DNA from: Candidatus Kapaibacterium sp.
Lineage (GTDB): Bacteria > Bacteroidota > Ignavibacteria > Palsa-1295
Direction: 5' to 3'
DNA length: 64,000 bases
Assembly (NCBI GenBank): GCA_038210275.1
Contig: JBBQWV010000011.1
Coordinates: forward strand, 6,393-70,392
Below the pieces are notes generated by a model, which had not been told where the DNA came from, made no database searches, and saw only the letters and a program-made list of their open reading frames with translations. Position numbers and translations under genes: made by a program. Shown piece by piece: positions 53,437 through 61,752 of the stretch (positions are counted from its first letter, which is position 1; each line of letters starts with the position of its first letter).

Positions 53437-54564
53437 TCAATATTTCTTTCTCCGATTCCTCACATAATCAACCAGCACAAATTGCCCAAGATCATTGAGG
53501 CCTGAATAATACGCTCTGCCTTGATTTGCCTTTGTCATTTCTTCGACGAAATCAATGAGGTAGTTATCTTGCGCGATCATGAAGGTGGAGATCTGTACTT
53601 TCTCGCGGCGAAGGGCTACAGCTTCATCGAGAGTTTTATTGATGATCTTCGGATCTAAGCCGAACGAATTTTTATAGAGTGTGCCGTTATCTTCGAACAT
53701 TGCTGAGGGCTTGCCGTCGGTGACCATAAAAATTTGCTTATTCACATTTCCGCTGCGGCGAAGCATTCTGCGGGCAAGTCTTAAGCCGTCGCGAGTATTC
53801 GTATGGAAGGGACCGACTTCAAGAAATGGCAATTCATTCTCCGTAATAAGCTCTGCTTCGTCACCGAATGTAATGACATAAAGTTTATCTTTCGGAAATT
53901 TTGTTTTGATAAGTTCAGCCAAAGCCATTGCGACTTTTTTTGCAGGAGTAATTCTGTCTTCGCCGTAAAGGATCATCGAATGCGAAATGTCAATAAGCAA
54001 TGCTGTTGCGCAGGAAGAGGTATGCTCAGTCTCATAGACTTCTATATCTTCTTCGCTTAGGTTTACATTTCCTGCAATAGATTCTTCATCAAGTGTGCCA
54101 TCGCGAAGCGAACGCCGAAGAGCATTCTGTAAGGTGCGAGTAAAATCAATATTGGTGGATTGATCGCCGAATGCATAATTCTTCGTGCCGCTTGTTCGCT
54201 CGACGCCTGAACCGGAATGCGGTGTGTCATGTGCGCCCGATGGAGATTTCTTTAGTGACTTAAAAATTTCGAGCAATGCGCTGCGCTTGATATTTCCGAT
54301 CGCTTTATTGGTCGGCTTAATGAGTGAGTCCTCATCTGTTTCAATAAGACCCAGTCGTTTTAACTCGTCAACGAACATATCGTAGGTCATATCAGGACCA
54401 AAGATATTATATTCATCTCCGAGATAACGCATCCAACTCAGGGTCTCCTCAGCATCGCCGGAAGTGCGCAGAAGCAATTCGTGAAAAAGATCAAGTAATT
54501 GCTTCAGCCGGTCTTCAGCCGTTGATGATTTCCCCGGAATCCATTTGGAATATTCAATACGCAT
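53437..54564 (-). CDS. vWA-domain protein (CoxE-like)
   Basis: 375 aa. Helical N-domain, then vWA with MIDAS LIDISHSM. No AAA+ partner gene lies in the window. Confidence 0.7.
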   Translation of the reverse strand: MRIEYSKWIPGKSSTAEDRLKQLLDLFHELLLRTSGDAEETLSWMRYLGDEYNIFGPDMTYDMFVDELKRLGLIETDEDSLIKPTNKAIGNIKRSALLEIFKSLKKSPSGAHDTPHSGSGVERTSGTKNYAFGDQSTNIDFTRTLQNALRRSLRDGTLDEESIAGNVNLSEEDIEVYETEHTSSCATALLIDISHSMILYGEDRITPAKKVAMALAELIKTKFPKDKLYVITFGDEAELITENELPFLEVGPFHTNTRDGLRLARRMLRRSGNVNKQIFMVTDGKPSAMFEDNGTLYKNSFGLDPKIINKTLDEAVALRREKVQISTFMIAQDNYLIDFVEEMTKANQGRAYYSGLNDLGQFVLVDYVRNRRKKY

Positions 54565-54609
54565 ACATAAACAACGAAAACAGAGGAAGAACCGTTTTTC
54601 TTTTCGCTG

Positions 54610-56310
54610 TTAATGCTGCACCACAAGCGGAAGAGTCAGAAGCCCTGTATGGTTACCATCAAAATAGGTAACACGCGCAATGCAAGTGCCAGCCGGAAGT
54701 GAATGTACATCAACTGAGGCAGTGTTATTCTCCATCGTATATTCCGGAGAGAGCGGCATTCCCATAATGTTATAAAGCTCCACATTGGTTATAGTCTGCG
54801 AGGGAAGTGTTTTTAGCTTCACGCTGCTCTCCGATGGGTTCGGATAGATCTGCATATTGTTCTCGCTGCGAAGATCGGAATGCCAAGAGTCCACACCGGA
54901 AGTAGCATCAAGTTGTACAACCCAAATATCTTGGAGGTAGCCTCTATTACCTAATGTATGATTTCCAATTACATCACCATCGGTCGAACGAGTCACTCCA
55001 CAAACCGTAATTTTTCCATCATCAGATAGAGCTACTGAACTGCCGTATTCGGCCTGAGTGCCACCATAAGTCTTCTGCCAAATGATATTAAATGAAGAAT
55101 CCAATTTTACAACCCAACAATCCTCAAAAGGCGCTGCATGTCGTGGTGTTACATCACCATCAAGTGAATTTGTAGTTGCAGCTACAATAAAATTGCCGTC
55201 TAGATCCTGAAGAATAGATTCTGCATTATCTCTTTCCGACCCACCGAGGCATTTTTGCCTTTCGATCTTACCCGAAGAACTTAATTTAATGATCCATGCA
55301 TCGTCAGCGATATTTGAAGGATCGTTCTTATTAATATGGATACCCGATACATCACCATCATTGGAACTCGTCGCCCCTGCAATGACATAACCACTATCTG
55401 ATGTCTGAATTATCTGGGATGTGACATCATAAGAAAATCCTCCGATGCAAGTTTGCCACTGTAGATCGCCGGATGAATTAAGTTTTACTACCCATCCATC
55501 AGCTCGAAGGGGTGTCCCCCCGTGAAAACCTGAAACATCTCCATCGTTGGAATAGGTAACACCGCAGAAAGCATAACCATGATCGAAAGTATTAATGATG
55601 GAATATGCTCTGTCTTGGGCTGATCCCCCAAAGCATTTCTGCCATAAGAGTGAGCCTGTTGAACTTAGTTTTACTACCCATACGTCGATTGCAGAATCTC
55701 TGGTGCCCGGATGTTTCCCTGAAACATCTCCATCTGTTGAAGATGTTGAGCCTGCCAGTAATAAACTCCTTCCTTCATCTGTGCTCTCAATAATGGAATT
55801 TGCTACCTCGCCGCCTGAACCTCCAAGACATTTCTGCCATAAGAGATTACCAAGTGGATCGAGTTTAAATACCATCAAAGAACCTTTATCACCGAGAACA
55901 TCACCATCATGCGAAAAAGTATAACCCGCAACAGCATAACCACCATCATACGTTTGAACGATAGAGAGCGCATAGTCATTATCTGTGCCCCCAAAACATT
56001 TCTGCCATTCGATCGTGCCAAAAGCATCAAGTTTTACTACCCATGCGTCAAAAGTACTCGTACTCTGATTGGGGATGACACTATGATTTCCGGAAACATC
56101 TCCATCATCCGATCCAGCAAATCCTGCAATTGCAAACCCTCCGTCGGTAGTCGAAATAATCTTTCCTGCATAATCATCTATCATACCACCCAAACATCTT
56201 TGCCAGAGAATTGAAGGAGCTTGGGCGAAAAGAATAGTTGGGCTAACTAATAGAGCAACAAGAAAAAGTAAAAATATTTGTGCTCTGAGGTTCTGCATGA
56301 TTTTGTCCAT
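54610..56310 (-). CDS. Secreted SBBP-like beta-propeller repeat protein with T9SS CTD (tandem copy 1)
   Basis: Same roughly 50 aa repeat family as 13063..14700. Start placed at the ATG at 56310 (or 56298), because a terminator hairpin for the upstream gene lies at 56389-56421 inside the longer track ORF. CTD YPNPSESSVKL... Confidence 0.8.
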   Translation of the reverse strand: MDKIMQNLRAQIFLLFLVALLVSPTILFAQAPSILWQRCLGGMIDDYAGKIISTTDGGFAIAGFAGSDDGDVSGNHSVIPNQSTSTFDAWVVKLDAFGTIEWQKCFGGTDNDYALSIVQTYDGGYAVAGYTFSHDGDVLGDKGSLMVFKLDPLGNLLWQKCLGGSGGEVANSIIESTDEGRSLLLAGSTSSTDGDVSGKHPGTRDSAIDVWVVKLSSTGSLLWQKCFGGSAQDRAYSIINTFDHGYAFCGVTYSNDGDVSGFHGGTPLRADGWVVKLNSSGDLQWQTCIGGFSYDVTSQIIQTSDSGYVIAGATSSNDGDVSGIHINKNDPSNIADDAWIIKLSSSGKIERQKCLGGSERDNAESILQDLDGNFIVAATTNSLDGDVTPRHAAPFEDCWVVKLDSSFNIIWQKTYGGTQAEYGSSVALSDDGKITVCGVTRSTDGDVIGNHTLGNRGYLQDIWVVQLDATSGVDSWHSDLRSENNMQIYPNPSESSVKLKTLPSQTITNVELYNIMGMPLSPEYTMENNTASVDVHSLPAGTCIARVTYFDGNHTGLLTLPLVVQH

Positions 56311-56375
56311 AGCTCTACTCATGAAAATGGAATAAACTCTCATACTAAAGAAACACCAAGAAGACTTGAACGTTC

Positions 56376-56421
56376 GTAATAAAATAATCCACATCCGAAA
56401 TACATTATATCGCGGATGTGG
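56376..56421 (-). terminator. Putative terminator between the tandem paralogues
   Basis: 9 bp stem CCACATCCG / CGGATGTGG, followed on the minus strand by ATTATTTTATTA. Confidence 0.5.
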
Positions 56422-56493
56422 CTCTTCCCAACTTGAAATTGTATAGTGGCGTGAGTCCTAAAGCTACCAACAGGAAAAGGAGAGTAGTTTTTT

Positions 56494-58188
56494 TTAATGC
56501 TGCACCACAAGCGGAAGAGTCAGAAGCCCTGTATGGTTACCATCAAAATAGGTAACACGCGCAATGCAGGTGCCAGCCGGAAGTGAATGTACATCAACTG
56601 AGGCAGTATTATTTTCTATCTTATATTCCGGAGAGAGTGGCATTCCAATAATGTTATAAAGCTCCACATTGGTTATAGTCTGCGAGGGAAGTATTTTTAG
56701 CTTCACGCTACTCTCCGATGGGTTCGGATAGATCTGCATATAGTTCTCGCTGCGAGGATCAGAATACCAAGATTCAACACCGGAAGTAACATCAAGTTCT
56801 ACGACCCAGACATCGCTATAATAGGTCGGATTAGGGTTATGATTGCCAACCACATCCCCGTCATTAGAGCTTGTTATACCTGCGACAACAAGATTACCAT
56901 CCAATGATTTAGTTATTGTAGAAAACCACTCATTCCGAATGCCACCGAGGCATTTTTGCCAAATGATATTTAATGATGTGTCAAGTTTAGCAACCCAAAT
57001 ATCAGGATCATCGCCTGATAAATGAATCCCCGATACATCTCCGTCACGAGAACTTGTGATCCCGGAAATAACAAAATTACCTTCTGAATTCTGAAGAATT
57101 TTATAACTATCTTCTGTGTGATTTCCGCCGAGGCATTTCTGTCGCTCTATCTTCCCTGATGCACTTAACTTGACGACCCATATATCGCTGGCAATATGTA
57201 GGGTATCATAATAATGAAGACCACTCACATCGCCATCTCTTGACGCCGTATATCCTGTTATTGCATATCCTCCATCAGAGGTTTGGATAATCGAACGCGC
57301 TTCATCTACATCCGATCCGCCCAAGCATTTTTGCCATTCCAGCACACCCGATGAACTCAACTTTATCACCCATGCATCAGGACTATTTTTCTTGCCGGAA
57401 TGATAACCGGAAATATCGCCGTCGCTGGAATAGGTACTGCCGCAGATCGCATAGCCATGATCGGAAGTAGCAATGACAGAAGAAGCTATATCATTTGCAG
57501 AACCGCCAAAGCATTTCTGCCATCTAATTGTTCCTGTAGAAGTTAGATCAACAATCCAAATATCCTCAGATAAGTCCTGAGGATTCCGACTTGTTCTGGC
57601 AGAAAAATCACCATTTGTTGTATTGGTGTATCCGACAGCAATCAGCCCTTTATCTTCATCACTGCTTTCTATAATTGAGACTCCAATTGAGACTCCTCCT
57701 GAGCCGGTTCCACCAAGACACTTCTGCCAGAGAAGATTTCCGAGTGAATCAAGTTTTATTACCCAAGCATCGAATTTGCCATTATTGCCTTTCACGTCGC
57801 CATCATGAGAACTTGTTGACCCAGAAATGGCGTAGCCGCCGTCGGACGTTTGTATAATACAATTTAGATTATCGCTTGCACTACCCCCAAAGCATTTCTG
57901 CCATTCGATTGAACCATAAACATCGAGTTTTACTACCCATCCATCATAAGCGAGGGGATCGTTACCGCCGTTATGATTACCGAAAACATCTTCGTCGTTC
58001 GAGGAAGTTCTTCCAACAAAGGCGGAACCACCATCATGAGTATTGATTATCTGGCTTACCTGATCATCACCTGTCCCTCCAATACATTTCCCCCATCCAA
58101 TAGATGGCGCTTGGGCGTAGAGATTGTTTTGCAAAAAGAGAATAATTGCAAATATAAGAAATAACAAAAAAGCTCTTATTGGGCGCAT
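56494..58188 (-). CDS. Secreted SBBP-like beta-propeller repeat protein with T9SS CTD (tandem copy 2)
   Basis: 564 aa from the ATG at 58188, with signal peptide MRPIRAFLLFLIFAIILFLQNNLYAQ/A. The last roughly 320 nt are about 94 percent identical to copy 1. Confidence 0.8.
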   Translation of the reverse strand: MRPIRAFLLFLIFAIILFLQNNLYAQAPSIGWGKCIGGTGDDQVSQIINTHDGGSAFVGRTSSNDEDVFGNHNGGNDPLAYDGWVVKLDVYGSIEWQKCFGGSASDNLNCIIQTSDGGYAISGSTSSHDGDVKGNNGKFDAWVIKLDSLGNLLWQKCLGGTGSGGVSIGVSIIESSDEDKGLIAVGYTNTTNGDFSARTSRNPQDLSEDIWIVDLTSTGTIRWQKCFGGSANDIASSVIATSDHGYAICGSTYSSDGDISGYHSGKKNSPDAWVIKLSSSGVLEWQKCLGGSDVDEARSIIQTSDGGYAITGYTASRDGDVSGLHYYDTLHIASDIWVVKLSASGKIERQKCLGGNHTEDSYKILQNSEGNFVISGITSSRDGDVSGIHLSGDDPDIWVAKLDTSLNIIWQKCLGGIRNEWFSTITKSLDGNLVVAGITSSNDGDVVGNHNPNPTYYSDVWVVELDVTSGVESWYSDPRSENYMQIYPNPSESSVKLKILPSQTITNVELYNIIGMPLSPEYKIENNTASVDVHSLPAGTCIARVTYFDGNHTGLLTLPLVVQH

Positions 58189-58379
58189 ACTTTTAAACCT
58201 TTCCAACACAGGTTAAGCATCGGTTACTGTAAATAATTCCTGTAGTCCTACTTACCCCCCATCCGTCAATCATTTGAAGGATGAGGGGTATTTATTTAGT
58301 GAATGTTCTTCCTGTCTTTTCGGTTAGCAAGTTAACCCGTAAATTTGATTTTTTTAATTCATACATTCATTATAGTCCT

Positions 58380-61300
58380 ATGAAAATAGTTGTTACAATT
58401 GCAGTATTTTTTACTCTTGTGTTTGCAAGCGTCATTCCGACGTTTGCGCGCCGCGGAAACCCGGTTCCGCAGGTGACCGTGAGTAACTTTAAGAGTCAGT
58501 ATTACACCATTGATTCCGATGATGACGGCACCGATCCGCGTCAGCCGACCTATAAATTCATCGATACACTCTACGATGCAGCTCATTGGCATCGGGTAAC
58601 GGGTTTTACCAATAACGATGACGGTTATGCAGAAACTGCTGCGACTGATTCGATCATATTTGTTCATTCGAATGAGAAATTTCGTCTCCCGCCTCGTTAT
58701 ATCAGCACCAACGGCTTGATGAAGTTGACGCGTGATACGCTTACAGGATTAGGCTATAATGCGCCGATCACTTCAGCAGCTAATGGATCAATGCCTGCCG
58801 GTTTCTTCACGAATTTCCAAGCGATCATCTGTCCTCTTTGGGGAGATATGGAGTTTCGCACGACGGGTGATTCCTCGAAAGTCTTTTATCGTATGACTAC
58901 AGATTCCTGTTATGTCACGTATTATAATCTTGCACTCAAAGGGACGAACGGAAATGTCAGAGCAACTTTTCAGGTGGTTTTCTGTAAGTTGGATTCTTCG
59001 ATAACAGTTAATTATAAGTCGTTCGATGGTTCATCCAATGCAGCTTCGGCAGCAGAAGTACTCCAGAACGAAGTGACCATCGGCGTTCAAAATCATCAGG
59101 CGATCTATGCAACAATGTACCTTGACCGAGGCACCTATTATGCAAAGACATACGGCTCGTTGAATTATGCAAAGCCTTTGCATAATAGTTTGGCTGTCCG
59201 ATTCATCCGCGTCATTCCGGATTTCGTTCGCATCAAGTCTATTGACTTTCCACCGACTGATCGTTATGAAATGATAAGTAATAGTTTTCAGCCAAAAGCA
59301 ACGGTAGAAAACTGGACTGATCAAGATCTCTGGATTACGGTCAATTATAAAGTGGTTGATCTTACGACCGGAACTGGTATCTACAACCGAACTGATAGTA
59401 TTCAGGTCGGCTTCGATGATTATTCGCAAGATATCGGTTCGCTCTACCAGGGTATTCGCTGCGGTAGTTACCGTTTGACGGTTACTTGTTCATGCGCGAG
59501 TAAAGGTGATGGCTGGGCAGGGGATAATGTTATGACGCGTGATTTCACGTTGATGAATACTGCGACGATGCCTTTTTATGATAATTTTATAACGCTTGAT
59601 CCGTGCAACTGGCATTCGATCGGCGCTACATGGGTTCCTGCGGATTCGGTTATGTATGATCCGCCGTCACCTCGTTCGACCGGTGCAGTTCTTCTGAACC
59701 GAAAAGATGTCCTGAACCAACCCTACTTAAGTTCGACGGGGGCAGATACGATAATCTCTGCGCCTATCAATTTGAAGAATCTATCGAATGTCTGGTTGTC
59801 TTTCAGCTATCAGCGCGGTTTAAGTACCGATAGTTTAGAAGCCGGTGTTCGTAATCGTGTTCTTGTCGGACCCGAACCTCTCGATCACGATTCATTAAAT
59901 CAAGCTGTCTATCAAGGCGATAGCCTGATCGTCGAAGCACTTGCTTCGACCGGTACACAATTTAATCCTTTGGATTCAAATTGGAAGACCATCGCTACTC
60001 TATATGGAACAATTGATAATACTACTCAGAAATTCCGGACTCAGATTGGAACGGCATATCTTCACGATCATTTCCGCCTGCGAATTCGCTTAGCAGCAAA
60101 AGATGATCATCCAAAATATGCAGCTCCATTCGAGGATGATGATAACTGGGTAATTGATGACATCCAGCTTTCAAATCCAACCGGAGGACAGACCGATCTT
60201 GAGCCAACAGGCATTGATCTCGGAGCTGCCGACTTTACGCATATTCCAAGAAACGTTAAGCAGATCAATCCGAAAGTTACGATCAACAACAACGGATTGC
60301 TTTCGAATTCAGCGGTCTATACTGTTCACTTAACAATCAAAGATAATTTGAATCGTGCCGTCTATGATAAGACACAATCTTTGGTTACTCCACCGGCTCG
60401 TTCAGCGACAGTTCTTACGATGCCATTTTGGGATATTCAGGGATCTCAGGGCGGAGTATTCACTGCGAAAGTGAATGTGGCTCAGAACTTCAATGAGTAT
60501 TATAGAACTAACGATACCAACACGTTCTACAGAACGCTGTATATCGACGATAAATATGCTCTTGATGACGGCATTCCAGATACTTCGGGTACGATGACTG
60601 AGGCTGATAATTCTTTCTATTATGACTTTATTCCGCTTGCAAGTGATTCAATTCGCGGAATGGAGATCTATAATCTTGGAGCTTCGGGAAATACGAACTG
60701 GACGATCAATATTATGGATCCTGCTACGAATAAAGTCCTGGCTAACGGTACTCGTGCGTTTAGTTATAATGCAACCGCTATTGGCGGAGGCTTTATCCGA
60801 GGAACATTCATTCCGTTCGCGATGAATGCCGGAACGACATATAGATTGCAATGTATCGAAACACAAGGCTTTGGGGTAGGCGGAGATGCTTCGAAGGGAT
60901 TGATGTGGGAAACGATCCACAGCTTTAATAACCCTTCATTCGCGGCGCTCAATCCTTCGGTCGTTTCCAGCTTCCGCACTTCGACAAATGCGGATTATGT
61001 ATCGGCAAAGAAAAATGGTGTTGGCGGCGGACCGATCCTGCCGATGATCCGTTTGGTGTTCCAGGGTTCATCAACCTATCTGCCTGTAGAGATCGCAAGC
61101 TTCACCGGTAAGCGTACCGATCTTGGTTCTGTAAATCTCGGATTCCGCACAGCTAAAGAAGAGAATGTCGATCATTTCGATATTGACCGCGAATCTGCAT
61201 CAGGATGGATCAATGCGGGAAATATCGTTGCAAAGAACGATAAGCTCGGAGCGCAGTATTCTGTGCTTGATGAAAACGCTCCTTCGACCAATCTGACCTA

Positions 61301-61622
61301 CCGTCTGATCGAAGTTGATCTTGACGGATCGAGAAGACTTGTTGGCATGGTGGCTGTCGGTCCGTTTGGCTCTCCGGAGACATTCAGCGTCCGTATCTAC
61401 CCGAACCCAACGGCGCAGACGATTCACGTCATGCTCACCGGAGGCGCAAGCGATGTTAGTTTGGTGCTCTATGATGCATTAGGCAAGGTTGTTGCGTCAC
61501 GCGAACACGTCTCGGCAAATTCTTCCGACTTTGATGCAACGGCATTGAGTGCCGGATCATACTGGCTTGAAGCTCGAAACGGAGAGAATAATCTCCGCAC
61601 GAAAGTTTCAGTGATCAAGTAA
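58380..61622 (+). CDS. Large secreted hypothetical protein with a T9SS C-terminal domain
   Basis: 1080 aa from the ATG at 58380 (signal peptide MKIVVTIAVFFTLVFASVIPTFA). C-terminal IYPNPTAQTIHV...AGSYWLEA sorting domain. The internal DDDNWVIDDIQLSN segment is reminiscent of MAM or choice-of-anchor domains (weak). Confidence 0.75.
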   Translation: MKIVVTIAVFFTLVFASVIPTFARRGNPVPQVTVSNFKSQYYTIDSDDDGTDPRQPTYKFIDTLYDAAHWHRVTGFTNNDDGYAETAATDSIIFVHSNEKFRLPPRYISTNGLMKLTRDTLTGLGYNAPITSAANGSMPAGFFTNFQAIICPLWGDMEFRTTGDSSKVFYRMTTDSCYVTYYNLALKGTNGNVRATFQVVFCKLDSSITVNYKSFDGSSNAASAAEVLQNEVTIGVQNHQAIYATMYLDRGTYYAKTYGSLNYAKPLHNSLAVRFIRVIPDFVRIKSIDFPPTDRYEMISNSFQPKATVENWTDQDLWITVNYKVVDLTTGTGIYNRTDSIQVGFDDYSQDIGSLYQGIRCGSYRLTVTCSCASKGDGWAGDNVMTRDFTLMNTATMPFYDNFITLDPCNWHSIGATWVPADSVMYDPPSPRSTGAVLLNRKDVLNQPYLSSTGADTIISAPINLKNLSNVWLSFSYQRGLSTDSLEAGVRNRVLVGPEPLDHDSLNQAVYQGDSLIVEALASTGTQFNPLDSNWKTIATLYGTIDNTTQKFRTQIGTAYLHDHFRLRIRLAAKDDHPKYAAPFEDDDNWVIDDIQLSNPTGGQTDLEPTGIDLGAADFTHIPRNVKQINPKVTINNNGLLSNSAVYTVHLTIKDNLNRAVYDKTQSLVTPPARSATVLTMPFWDIQGSQGGVFTAKVNVAQNFNEYYRTNDTNTFYRTLYIDDKYALDDGIPDTSGTMTEADNSFYYDFIPLASDSIRGMEIYNLGASGNTNWTINIMDPATNKVLANGTRAFSYNATAIGGGFIRGTFIPFAMNAGTTYRLQCIETQGFGVGGDASKGLMWETIHSFNNPSFAALNPSVVSSFRTSTNADYVSAKKNGVGGGPILPMIRLVFQGSSTYLPVEIASFTGKRTDLGSVNLGFRTAKEENVDHFDIDRESASGWINAGNIVAKNDKLGAQYSVLDENAPSTNLTYRLIEVDLDGSRRLVGMVAVGPFGSPETFSVRIYPNPTAQTIHVMLTGGASDVSLVLYDALGKVVASREHVSANSSDFDATALSAGSYWLEARNGENNLRTKVSVIK

Positions 61623-61647
61623 GAGTCGGGTGTCTCTTGATTTTTTG

Positions 61648-61681
61648 AAAAGCACGGGGAATCCTCCCCGTGCTTTTTTTA
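61648..61681 (+). terminator. Strong intrinsic terminator
   Basis: AGCACGGGGA-ATCC-TCCCCGTGCT, followed by a T-run. Confidence 0.85.
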
Positions 61682-61752
61682 ATAAAAGGTGTTACAATTT
61701 CGGGTTTTGTGTGTTATTAGTATAGAAGGATTACTCTTCAATCAGAAAAATT

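Noticed and set aside
53243-53440. A 65 aa minus-strand ORF (MILSVIASRALARCGNPLH...).
   Set aside because: It lies entirely within the family C composite repeat, and its sequence is the translation of the palindromic element.
12996-58347. Bacteroidetes-type -7 promoter boxes (TAnnTTTG) upstream of ptsN (13003-12996, minus strand), ruvC (16551-16558), carB (28048-28055) and the 1080 aa gene (58340-58347).
   Set aside because: I saw no matching -33 TTTG element. In DNA this AT-rich the octamer pattern is expected many times by chance, so these are not supportable as features without transcription start mapping.
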